NCBI RefSeq assembly: GCF_032191835.1
Contig: NC_083237.1
Span: 18,290,001-18,354,000, forward strand
Direction: 5' to 3'
Length of the DNA: 64,000 nucleotides
Source: Heteronotia binoei
Taxonomy: Eukaryota
In this document: piece by piece, positions 1 to 10,213 of the stretch
How positions within the stretch are numbered: position 1 is the stretch's first letter
Layout: each line of letters starts with the position of its first letter
The notes under the pieces: model-generated
What the model saw: the letters and a program-made list of their open reading frames with translations, nothing else
Told to the model about the DNA's origin: nothing
Database searches by the model: none
Position numbers and translations under genes: made by a program

Positions 1-220
1 GGGTCCAGTTCTATGAGTCCCAAAAGAAGGTGCTCCTATCCTTCATTATTACCAATAGAGGAAGGCATTTAAAAGGTTTGTAGTCTCGTTAAATGTGATG
101 GCCAGAACTCCCTTTGGTATTCAATTATGCTTGTCATAACCTTGCTCCTGGCTCCACACCCACGGTCTCCTGGCTCCACCCCTGAAGACCCCAGATATTT
201 AATTGCACTTGGCAACCCTG
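1..220. mobile_element. Non-autonomous hAT-type element, partial (window starts inside it)
   Basis: Ends TTGGCAACCCTG. Matches the complete 496-bp copy at 58047-58542 (TIRs TAGGCTTCCCAA/TTGGCAACCCTA, 8-bp TSD). Confidence 0.75.
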
Positions 221-539
221 AGGCAGATGGAGCAGCCTGAGTTGGTACAGCCTTGTCACTTTGCTCTACTGGACCAGCCTCCATGGATTGTCTGCCAATT
301 TGACTGGAGACTGTTTCTCCTGCTATGACTAACATAGCAGGAGGAACGGGAGAAGAAGATATTCATGCTGTGTGTAATGGTATCTCCTCATATACACCTT
401 AGCTGTGTCTTTTTTTCTATACTTTAGCCCTTCCTTAACAACCTACCGTAATCAACTCAACTAGTACATCTGGTTGCTTAAAATAGTCCAAAGAGGAATC
501 TCAGTCAGACTTCAGACGTTTCTGTTTCTGAAGTGAAGA

Positions 540-793
540 CTTATTAATGTTCTTGGGGGACACACTCAAGGGCCCCCAAAGATTTATTAGAAGCATTAAG
601 TCTTCAGTGCTCATTCATATTGCCTTTTTCTTTCCAGAAAACCTTTTGCATGGAGGACCAACATCACAGCTGTGCTGCTCAGTAAAAGTACAGTAAAGTA
701 CAATAGATTTCTCCTCCAACCCGATGCTGACAGAAGATTTTTGATGATTTTTCTACTGGATGGAACAGTGCTTTCAAAGCTCTTGAGGTACAG
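540..793 (+). promoter_or_regulatory. Candidate OR promoter / 5' non-coding exon for OR A1
   Basis: O/E(EBF)-like CTCAAGGG at 565-572, nearby TAAT cores and GAG|GTACAG donor at 788. The block is conserved upstream of all five full-length ORs. Function is inferred. Confidence 0.4.
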
Positions 794-2039
794 TAAAGGG
801 AACTATTACAGACAGCAAAGGCAACAGAAGTGGGACCTTGAATGGCTGACAGAGTCCAGGGGAAAAAAACATTTGTGCTTCTTAAAGGAAATTATGATCT
901 TTGGTAAAATTGTGGCTAGAAAAGAGAGAATCTGACCAATAAAACTGAGGGATTGTGAGGTATTCCAGGATTGTCAGCTGCATTCATAATTTGTACTTAA
1001 TTGTTAAGACAAAGTGCTTTCCTCCAGTTAGACTCTTCAAATTCCAGTTTCATTCAAAGACAGCCTGCCATCTTTATGTATGGACGCTGCCATGTTATTT
1101 TTCTATGATACTGGGGAATGAAGTCTCTCTGAAAAATGTGTGGAGGTCCCTACCTGCCTGCAAGGAGGGTCTCTCATTCAGTGCACTGAACAACTGGAAG
1201 ACCAGACATCTCCTCTCACAAAACCCCTCCTGATCATGCAAGGGTCTGTGAAAAAAATTAAAATGTCTTTTGATTGATTTCCCTTCTCTCCCTCTCTTTC
1301 CCCACTCCAACACCAGTTTCAGAGCATCTATCTAAACTAGTATCTGTATACTCTCATATGGAATGGAAACTTTTGAAACTCCTGCTGATGCTGACAATTT
1401 CTCTGTCTTCATCTCATGTTTCTTGGTTCTGGTGGAAGAGTTCGATTCTGTGTGTTCATTTTACACCTGGTGTTACACTAGCCATAAGTGGCGTGAAACA
1501 AGCCAGCTATTTCATGGTGAATTCTGTCCAATTCATTTCTTCTGAGGTGTTCTAGAAAATCATGAAACTAGAAATCATAAAGAGACAATCTGCTTTTCAC
1601 ATCCTCTAGTTTTGATGGCATGAGCTATGTACTTTGTAAAACTCTCACCTCATCCTAACTGGAAAGCACAAGATATAAAGCAGCACTAGCAATACAGAAT
1701 GTCTATTTAAGAGATTGGTTTATTAAGTATGCAGACTGATCACATGGTAAACCAGTGTGGCTTGGCCATTCCTTTTGTGATTCACCTAGATTTAAAGAAG
1801 CACCAATTGGCAGAGGACTTTATTACCTTTTATGGCTATCCAAGACACACTGGTTTACCATGTGATCAGTCTGCATACTTAATCAACAAACTGCCTGTAT
1901 TTCAGCCCACAATACCTGAGCCCCTCGTCTGATGAAGTCTGCTTAGAGAGCACACGAAAGCTTACGTTCTGAATAAAACTTGGTTGCTATTAAAGGTGCA
2001 CTTGACTCCTGCTTTGTTTAACATATATGCATACAAATA

Positions 2040-3300
2040 GATAAAACATGCCAACATGAGTCAAGACAAAAGAACATTCTAAACGGGTCTAAAATCTGTA
2101 CAAAAAAAAGTCAATCTGTCTAATACAAATTTAAAGTACAACACATTACTGCATATAAGAAGAGCAGCCTGCAAAAACATTGCCACAGCATCAGTTGTGT
2201 TCCCATCTTTGTTGTGTAATAGATACAGCAGTTCATATGAATCGGGAAGCGCTAAGATACTATCAAGAATTAACGATAAAATGCTACGCTGAATATTAAC
2301 ATAATAGAAGCACTGTAATAACACATGAGGCACAGTTTCAAGGGACCCACTTGCACAAGGGCATAGTCTGTTAGCAAAAGGTGTACCGTTAGATCTCCCA
2401 GTTGAAATCGCTGAAGGGAGGGCATTGAACCAAGCAAGAGAAAAGATTCTGCGTAATGCTGGAGCCTGAAGTTGGTAAAAGTAGCTAGCAGTGGATAAGA
2501 TCCCATGACTAAGAGACAAGCATGTCATTAGCTGCATTGTACAGTTCAGATAGCTCTACCTCAAATAATCTGACCCTTATTGTTCACACCACCCGTAAAA
2601 AGTCTGCCGTGAAAATGTTGTGAAAGCAAAGTCACCCCAGAGTCAGAAACGACTGGTGATTGCACAGGGGACCTTTCCTTTCCTATTGTTCACATTGCCT
2701 CTAATTCTGAAAGGGAGAGAAGAGATTCAAAGGAAATATTCAGTGTTCTTAGTTTGTTTTCAATATTCACCAGCCATGGGGAAATATTAGATTCTGTCAA
2801 GAACTGGCCACAGTAGCTAGAGAATTCAGATCTATAGTGCAATCGAAGCCAAAATTTAAAGGTCATAAACCTCGCACTTGTGGTCATAAGACTTTGGCCA
2901 CATTCCAGGCATAAAGCAGCATATGGTACACAAGATGGAACACCCAAAATCTTCTGTAAAAAGCCCGAGTCTACTTCTTCAACTGCTTTATTTATTGAAT
3001 CAATCCAAATAGGGGTTCCATAAAGTAATTGAGGGACAGTTTTCAAATTAAAAACTTTGAGCACAGCAGGAACATATTGATTCCCTTTTTCAGAGAAACA
3101 GAAGCGAGTAACATTTCCTTTGGCATTATTAATCGTTACTTTGCATTGTTGGGTCCATGATGTAGTAGCCTGGAAATGTTACCCTAAGTACATGAAGTGT
3201 TTTACTTGTTCGAGCTCGTGGTCACCCACCCTTCAAGTATATTGCTTCCTAGATTTGGAGAAGATTAACACTTTTGATTTCTCATAATTTAATTCTAATT
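2040..3300 (-). mobile_element. Degenerate LINE ORF2 C-terminal fragment (RTE-X-like)
   Basis: Broken frames 2079-2537 and 2690-3064 give FSLAWFNALPS..RLCPCASGSLETVPHVLLQC (CxC..H..C knuckle) and VPYAALCLECG..KFWLRL. The clade call is tentative. Confidence 0.6.
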
Positions 3301-3548
3301 GATTGATTTTACAGTACTTTTGGCAGCGATTTAATAGCCGAAGTAAAAAATAAACAACCGTTGTCTTATTTTGATTTCTGAGATTTGGAGCTTAGAACTT
3401 GTGACCATCTTTTTGCAGTAACTTCACTCCTACCTACCCTGTGCAGAAGATTACTCAAAGCGCATGTTTTCCTATTACTTTTTATAATTTGTTATTTATA
3501 AGTACCCAGAGGAACAATACATTCTGTGAATTTAGGGGCAGGTATTTG

Positions 3549-3621
3549 TGAGTTTCCTACATTGTGCAGGGGGTTGGACTAGATGGCCTGGAGGTCCCTT
3601 TCAGCTCTATGATTCTATGAC
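3549..3621 (+). mobile_element. CR1 LINE 3' tail fragment
   Basis: GGGTTGGACTAGATGGCCTGGAGGTCCCTTTCAGCTCTATGATTCTATGA is a typical CR1 3' end with (ATTCTATG)n. Paralog near 24070-24128. Confidence 0.7.
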
Positions 3622-3745
3622 TAAATGGATGTGATCTGAAACGTGGACATCCCCTCTCTCCCTAACTGGATGCCATGTCTTTTTAGCTTTTCTCTTTCTA
3701 TGGAGACAAATAGCCAGATAACAATATATGGTATGCAATGATGAC

Positions 3746-3763
3746 TCTGTTCTCTAATTCCAG
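3746..3763 (+). promoter_or_regulatory. Splice acceptor immediately 5' of the OR ATG
   Basis: TCTGTTCTCTAATTCCAG|ATG, a pyrimidine tract plus CAG. The same arrangement occurs before 18357, 24273, 50657 and 63200. Confidence 0.6.
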
Positions 3764-4723
3764 ATGGAGTTCACCAACGGGACAGTTCAGGAATTCATTT
3801 TGGTGGGCTTTGAAGTCGGGCAGCTGCGACGACTCCTGCTCCTCACCTTTTTCACTTTTCTTTACATGTTTACCATGGTGGAGAACATCACCATCATAAC
3901 GTTGGTGCATCTTGACACCCACTTGTCCCGGCTTCCCATGTACATCCTGCTGAGCAACTTCTCCTGGCTGGAGATCTGCTATGTGAGCACCACGGTGCCC
4001 CGCATGCTCTTAGACCTGGCATTGTCCAACAAGATCATCTCCTTCAGTTCCTGCTTCCTCCAGTTCTACGTATTTTTCTCTCTTGGCAGTACCGAAGCCT
4101 TCTTCCTCTCTTCTATGGCCTTGGATCGGTACTTGGCCATCTGCCACCCACTGCGATATCCACAGATTATGTCCCCAAATTTTTGCTACATCCTAGTAAC
4201 TGCTTCTTGGGTCCTTGGCTTTCTGGCATTCATTGTCCCAGTCACACTGATCTCCAAGATGTCTTTCTGTGGTCCTAACATCATTGACCATTTTTTGTGT
4301 GACCCTGGGCCAATTCTGGCTTTGGCTTGTCCTCCACTTCCAAAGGCTCCCCTCGTTAGTCTGATTTTCATGGATGTTGTGGTGATCCTCGGCAACATCG
4401 TGTTTGCTGTGCTGTCCTACAGTTCTGTGATTGTCACTTTGATGAAAAACTCTAGCAAAGGCAATCGGTTAAAGTCTTTCTCCACCATATCATTTCACTT
4501 GTTGGTGGTCACGCTTTTCTATGGCCCTCCAGCAGGGCTGTATGTAAACCCAGGAAGAGAAACGGATTCAAATGTCATTAAGACAGTAACACTCTTCTAT
4601 ACTTCCTTAACACCCTTTCTCAACCCCCTGATTTACTGTCTGAGGAATGATCAGGTAAAGGAGGCACTGTTCCGATTATGGAAGAGAAAGGTGGTCTTTT
4701 TGAAAAGAAAAGTGCCCATGTAA
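3764..4723 (+). CDS. Olfactory receptor A1, intact, 319 aa (class II, OR11-like)
   Basis: Single-exon 7TM ORF with OR motifs PMYILL, MALDRYLAICHPLRY, HFLCDPGPILALAC, SY in TM5, PFLNPLIYCLRN and an N-terminal N-G-T glycosylation site. Confidence 0.95.
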   Translation: MEFTNGTVQEFILVGFEVGQLRRLLLLTFFTFLYMFTMVENITIITLVHLDTHLSRLPMYILLSNFSWLEICYVSTTVPRMLLDLALSNKIISFSSCFLQFYVFFSLGSTEAFFLSSMALDRYLAICHPLRYPQIMSPNFCYILVTASWVLGFLAFIVPVTLISKMSFCGPNIIDHFLCDPGPILALACPPLPKAPLVSLIFMDVVVILGNIVFAVLSYSSVIVTLMKNSSKGNRLKSFSTISFHLLVVTLFYGPPAGLYVNPGRETDSNVIKTVTLFYTSLTPFLNPLIYCLRNDQVKEALFRLWKRKVVFLKRKVPM

Positions 4724-5183
4724 AAAAAGAGGAACATGCCACAGTAATCTCCAAGACAAAGCTGATGCAGTCAGTACTAGACAACAAAGGCACAGATCCC
4801 TGTTCAGTGTTTCTGACTCCTTTTGTGCACTGGAAGGCAACAGTACACATTTCTACTAGAATACTGTGCAAGCACTTTTCAAATATATATAATGTAACAT
4901 ACAATAAAATGAATTGTCCATTATTTTATAAGGCACTCACAACTGTACAATTCTTATGTATTCCAGCTAGTTCGATAAACATAACTGTATGTGGAAATCA
5001 TTCTTGTTTCTCTATATGATCTAACTGTAGGTAATGCTGATTTATATGTGTAGACACATCATAGGGATGGTTTTACTGTTATTCACTCAATACAGAATGG
5101 TTATTTCCTAAAAATTAGATAAATACTTTTCTGAGTTTGAAACATGAATGATCCCTTTCTCCCCAAAATGCCATTGAGAACAC

Positions 5184-5447
5184 CAGAACTTTTTTTATAG
5201 AAAAAAGCCCAGCTGGAACTCATTTGCATATTAGGCCACACCCCCTGCAATCAGCACTATTCCATAAAGTGAAATAGCGGGAACTCATTTGCATATTAAA
5301 CCACACCCGCTGATATCACAATTGTTTCACGTAAGCTTTTTTGTCGAAAAAGCCCAGCAGGAACTCATTTGCATATTATGCCACACCCCCTGCAACCAAG
5401 CCCACCAGAACTGTGTTCCTGTGCGTTCCTGGTCAAAAAAAGCCCTG
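5184..5447. mobile_element. hAT-type MITE with three internal GGAACTCATTTGCATATT repeats
   Basis: Ends AAAAAAAGCCCTG, the same terminus as the 5993 MITE. Paralog at 25693-25954 begins CAGGGCTTTTT. Confidence 0.65.
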
Positions 5448-5992
5448 GAAAACATGATGGTGTTTGCTTGCCCCTTTCCTAATACCTGATATGGGCAGTG
5501 GAGATGTCTTACTTCTGCAAGGCTTTCCTCCCTTCCTAACATAAGGGGTCTCAAGGCTTGCATTTTCCACGGTTCCCTGCATCCATACTAAGGACTTCAT
5601 GCCCTGGGCCAAACTACTTCCCCGAGTCCCATTGCCAGAGTCCCTGAAACACAGAGCATCGCATCCTCCAATGCTTGTCTGTGAGGATGGAGATGCAACG
5701 GATGAAATTATCATCCAATTTTGAGAAGACATCTTGATGCAAATTCACAATGCCCCTGAGTAATATAACAAGATGTATTTTATCACTGTAGCTGTGACCT
5801 GGATGGTCCAGGCTGGCTTGATCTTGCCTGATCTCCAAAGTTAAACAAGGACACCTCGGTTGATACTTGGATGCGAGAACTACAAGGAAGTCCAGAGTCA
5901 CTACGCCGTGGCAGGCAATAACAAGCCACCTCTGATGCAGTAGTAGCGATAACATCTCTTTGCTGCAATCCCTGCTGCTTTATAGGTCTTTC

Positions 5993-6176
5993 CAGGGCTT
6001 TTTTTTTGTAACAGGAACTGCTTTGCATATTAGGCCACATACCTCTGATGTAGCCAATCCTCCCGGAGTTTACAGCAGGCCCTGTACTAAGAGCCCTGCA
6101 AGCTGTTGGAGGATTGGCTACATCAGGAGGTGTAGCCTAATATGCAAAGCAGTTCCTGCTACAAAAAAAAGCCCTG
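5993..6176. mobile_element. Palindromic hAT-type MITE
   Basis: CAGGGCTTTTTTT...AAAAAAAAGCCCTG with arms inverted over almost the whole length. Degenerate 8-bp TSD (GGTCTTTC/TGTCTTCT). Confidence 0.8.
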
Positions 6177-6962
6177 TGTCTTCTGAAGAGCACTGTACCA
6201 CCATCTGTCAGATTTAGTATGAGATCTCTGCCAAGGTCATTCTAGATGTCTCCTGGACCTCTTCCGGTCACCCAGCGGTAAACCAGAAGGGTGACTTCCA
6301 CAACAGGTCAATGAGAGGTAAAAATTCAATAACTTCAAGGAGGTTTACAGTCCACATTCCCACTGCAACCTCAAGAGAACAAATATTTGGGATCCTACAC
6401 TTCCCCCGAGCGTTTTGAAGTCCGGTAGGATCCATGACCCTTCACAAGCAGAGCATTGTATGCTGGGTCCCTTTCCAGTAGGGTGTCCTAGCCACTTTCA
6501 CCTTTGCCCTTTGTAGCAGAATGGTCCTGCTCTGTCCTAGGCCCTGTGCTACCCTGCCCTCCAAGGCTTTCCTAACCACCATCACCACCTGCCCTTTGTA
6601 GGAATTGCCCCTGTGATGGTCAGGACTCCCAACTTCCCTTCCAAGTTCTGAGGCCTTGCCCCTGCACCTCCTCTGCACCTGGTTACCATGGGAACAGCTT
6701 ACTACCTTGAGCACCACTGGGGGAACAGCCACTTGCCAACTGACTGTCCTCCCCTTCCTCCTGGTACTCTTTCTAAAATAGCATGTCCAAGATGGTGGGG
6801 GTCTGTGTAGCACAGAGGACCACTAAAAAGATCAAAAGATATAAAGCAGGGGCACCAAGCTCATTTGTTATGAGGGCCAGATCTGACATAAATTAGACCT
6901 TGTCGGGCCGGGCCATGCATGTCATAAAATATAATGCCAGGTAGTGGAGATATAAACTTTAT

Positions 6963-9114
6963 CTCTCTCTCTCTCGGCTTGGCTTCGCGAACGAAGATTT
7001 AAGAAGGGTGCAATAGTCCACGTTTGCTGCAGGCTCGCTGGTGGCTGACAAGACCAATGTGGGACAGGCAGGTCCGGCCACAGCGGCTGCAGGGAAAAGT
7101 CTGATTTAGGGTTGGTCCTGTAGCAGTGCGATTCTTCCTCAATCTCCTTTTGTCCTCAAGACCAGCTATGCGTGTGTTCTCAAAGGAAGAGACAGCCTGG
7201 TGGATGGTGTGCCTCCATGCTTTGCGATCTGAGGCTAGGTCAGACCACTGGTGATGGTTGATGTGACAGGTGCTAAGGGATTTCTTCAAGGAGTCCTTGT
7301 ACCTCTTCTTTGGTGCCCCTCTATTTCGATGGCCGGTGGAGAGTTCGCCATACAGGGCAATCTTGGGAAGGCGGTGGTTTTCCATCCTAGAAATATGCCC
7401 TGCCCAGCGCAGCTGCGTCTTCAACAGCAGTGCCTCGATGCTGGTAACCTCTGCCCGCTTGAGGACTTCAGTGTTGGTCACAAAGTCACTCCAGTGGATG
7501 TTGAGGATGGTGCGAAGGCAGCACTGATGAAAGCGCTCAAGGAGTCGCAGGTGATGACGGTATAAAACCCACGATTCGGAGCCATAGATGAGGGTTGTCA
7601 TCACAACCGCTTTGTAAACATAGATCTTTGTGCCTTTTTTCAGATGCTTGTTGCTCCACACTCTTTTGTGCAGTCGGCCAAATGCACGGTTTGCCTTTGC
7701 CAGCCTGTTGTCAATCTCCTTGTCGATCTTGGCATCTGAGGAGATGATGCACCCCAGGTAGCTGAACTGCTGGACTGTCTTCAGAACTGATTCACCCACA
7801 GTGATGCAGGGAGGGTGATAATCTTCCTGGGGTGCAGGCTGGTGGAGAACTTCTGTCTTCTTCAGACTAACTTCTAGGCCGAATAGCTTGGCAGCCTCTG
7901 CAAAGCAGGACGTCATATGCTGCAGAGCTGATACTGAGTGGGAGACGAGTGCAGCATCATCAGCAAACAGTAGCTCTTGGATGAGTTTTTCCATTGTCTT
8001 GGAGTGTGCCTTTAGTCGCCTCAGGTTGAACAGGCTGCCATCAGTGCGATAGCGGATGTAGACACCATCGTCCTCATCTAGATCTACTGCGGCTCTTTGA
8101 AGCATCATGCTAAAGAAGATCGTAAAGAGTGTTGGCGCGAGAACGCAGCCTTGCTTTACACCTGTGCCTATTGGGAAGGGCTCCGAGAGGTCGTTGTAGT
8201 GTCTGACTTGGCCTCGCTGGTCTTCGTGTAGCTGGATGATCATGCTGAGGAACCTTGGGGGACATCCTAAACGTTCCAAGATTTGCCACAGGCCTTTCCT
8301 GCTAACAGTATCGAAAGCTTTGGTAAGGTCGACAAAAGTCACATACAGACCCTTGTTCTGTTCCCTGCATTTCTCTTGGAGCTGCCTGAGAACAAATACC
8401 ATGTCGGTGGTGCTCCTGTTAGCTTTGAAGCCGCACTGGCTCTCTGGGAGGAGTTCTTCTGCAATGGTGGGCACCAGTCTGTTCAGGAGTATTCTGGCAA
8501 GGATTTTGCCTGCGATGGAGAGCAGGGTTATCCCCCGGTAGTTGGAGCAGTCTGACTTTTCCCCTTTGTTCTTGTATAGGGTGATGATGATTGCATCGCG
8601 AAAGTCCTGTGGTAATTTGCCTTGTTCCCAGCAGGTGACAAGTACTTTGTGAAGTGAGCTATGTAGTACTGTGCCCCCATGCTTCCAGATCTCTGGTGGA
8701 ATTCCATCAACTCCTGCTGCCTTGCCACTTTTCAGTTGCTTGATGGCTTTAACAGTCTCTTCTAGGGTGGGGATCTCATCCAACTCTGTTTTCACCGGTT
8801 GAAGTGGGGTGAGGTGGATTGCTGAATCTTGAACTACGCGGTTGGCACTGAAGAGAACCTGAAAATACTCCGACCACTGGTTCAGTATGGATGCCTTGTC
8901 TGTGAGGAGCACTTGGCCGTCTGCACTATGCAAGGGACTCTGAGCCTGATATGATGGACCATATGCTGCCTTCAGGGCTTCGTAGAACCCTCTTAAATCA
9001 CCAGTGTCTGCACACAGCTGGGTTCTCTCTGCAAGCTTGGTCCACCACTCGTTCTGAATGTCTCGAAGCTTGCGCTGGAGGTTGCTACATGCAGCGCAAA
9101 AGGTTGCTTTTTTA
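6963..9114 (-). mobile_element. 5'-truncated RTE-clade LINE, young
   Basis: 9-bp TSD AAACTTTAT (6954-6962, 9115-9123), (GA)n 3' tail and one uninterrupted reading frame through the insert. Confidence 0.9.
6999..8933 (-). CDS. RTE LINE reverse transcriptase ORF (5'-truncated, no endonuclease)
   Basis: NYRGITLLSIAGK, FVDLTKAFD, GVKQGCVLAP, LFADD and a C-terminal CxxC..HxxxC finger (FPCSRCGRTCLSHIGLVSHQRAC). Confidence 0.9.
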   Translation of the reverse strand: MHSADGQVLLTDKASILNQWSEYFQVLFSANRVVQDSAIHLTPLQPVKTELDEIPTLEETVKAIKQLKSGKAAGVDGIPPEIWKHGGTVLHSSLHKVLVTCWEQGKLPQDFRDAIIITLYKNKGEKSDCSNYRGITLLSIAGKILARILLNRLVPTIAEELLPESQCGFKANRSTTDMVFVLRQLQEKCREQNKGLYVTFVDLTKAFDTVSRKGLWQILERLGCPPRFLSMIIQLHEDQRGQVRHYNDLSEPFPIGTGVKQGCVLAPTLFTIFFSMMLQRAAVDLDEDDGVYIRYRTDGSLFNLRRLKAHSKTMEKLIQELLFADDAALVSHSVSALQHMTSCFAEAAKLFGLEVSLKKTEVLHQPAPQEDYHPPCITVGESVLKTVQQFSYLGCIISSDAKIDKEIDNRLAKANRAFGRLHKRVWSNKHLKKGTKIYVYKAVVMTTLIYGSESWVLYRHHLRLLERFHQCCLRTILNIHWSDFVTNTEVLKRAEVTSIEALLLKTQLRWAGHISRMENHRLPKIALYGELSTGHRNRGAPKKRYKDSLKKSLSTCHINHHQWSDLASDRKAWRHTIHQAVSSFENTRIAGLEDKRRLRKNRTATGPTLNQTFPCSRCGRTCLSHIGLVSHQRACSKRGLLHPS

Positions 9115-9881
9115 AAACTTTATATAGGACACAGAAAAACACAAATTATTTTTTTAACTAAAAAAACCCTTAAAGTAAAATGCGCTTAAAAGATTAGCAC
9201 TCTTGCACTATTTTGTCTATCTAACAGTTTCTGATAACTGACACCTCTTGCTTTGAATTATTGCATCAAAATCTGGAGACAATGTGCTGAAATAATCTTG
9301 AGTACGCTGTTCAGGTGTTGATCAGGTGTGTGTCTGTAAGTTGCAAGCCTACCTTTGATTTATTGACATCCATTACATAAATCTCATGGTCAATGCTTTG
9401 AGCCTAAGACCCAGGGGAAAACATGAAACGGGTGGGCATTGTGAGCTTTTGTACCTAAGCTGCTTCATGTGCTGGTCAGCCAATAGAGAAAACAGAGGCT
9501 TTGCTCTGTAGCTCCTGTGTGGTTGAACAAGCCTGAAAAAGCAAGCGGTGATGCAGAAGGAAGCAAGAGAGAAAAAGAAGGAAGCAGATGACTGTAGGGC
9601 CTGAGAGGAGCCCTCTAGGGGCTTGATCTGTCCCTTGGGCTGCATGTTTGACAGCCTGGGTATAAAGCATTTATTAAAGTAAAAATGTTCACAAGCATAC
9701 TTTAGCACAGCTTAGGGTGAGCAAAGGATTCAAAAGAAATGGATAAAACACAATTCCTCTGTCCCTCTCTCTCTATATGCCCCATCAGATGTTAAACATA
9801 AGGCAAGCTCCTTAGCTTAGAAAGTTACCAGATCTTATACATGGTGTGTGTTTGTGTGTTGGGATAGTGCACACTCTACAC

Positions 9882-9984
9882 CAGGGGTGGCCAACGGTAG
9901 CTCTCCAGATGTTTTTTGGCTACAACTCCCATCAGCCCCAGCCATTGGCTATACTGGCTGGGGCTGGAGTTGTAGGCACCCCTG
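9882..9984. mobile_element. 103-bp hAT MITE
   Basis: Termini CAGGGGTG/CACCCCTG with a perfect 8-bp TSD CTCTACAC (9874-9881, 9985-9992). Confidence 0.85.
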
Positions 9985-9998
9985 CTCTACACAGTAGT

Positions 9999-10213
9999 CA
10001 TGAACACAGGAGCACATGAAGCTGCCTTATACTGAATCAGACCATCGGTCCATCAAGGTCAGTTGTCAGATTGGAAGCGGCTCTCCAGGGTAGCAGGCAG
10101 AGGTCTTTCACATCACCTCCTACCTAGACATTTTGACTGGAGATGCTGAGGATTGAACCTGGAACCTTCTGTATGCCAAGCAGAGGCTCCACCATTGAGC
10201 CACAGCCCCTCCC
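9999..10213 (-). mobile_element. tRNA-derived SINE with CR1-like tail (Squam2-like)
   Basis: Minus strand begins GGGAGGGGCTGTGGCTCAATGG (A box), has GGTTCAATCC (B box) and a tail CTGATTCAGTATAAGGCAGCTTCATGTG. Confidence 0.75.

Larger units (their letters stand above)
6847..9659. mobile_element. Non-autonomous hAT (Charlie-like) element interrupted by an RTE LINE
   Basis: Begins CAGGGGCACCAAGC and ends GTTTGACAGCCTGG. 8-bp TSD ATATAAAG/GTATAAAG. Confidence 0.65.

Noticed and set aside
672-1555. Short ORFs conserved between duplicates (672-935, 955-1233, 1274-1555, 4678-5019 and paralogs)
   Set aside because: They have non-ATG starts and no recognisable domains. Conservation is explained by recent duplication.
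6963-9114. Horizontally transferred RTE (BovB/AviRTE)
   Set aside because: The C-terminus is not BovB-like, and transfer cannot be assessed without a database comparison.
9999-10213. tRNA genes (also 40918, 52693, 57494)
   Set aside because: The A/B boxes are present, but they continue into LINE-derived tails and lack a full cloverleaf, so they are SINE heads.
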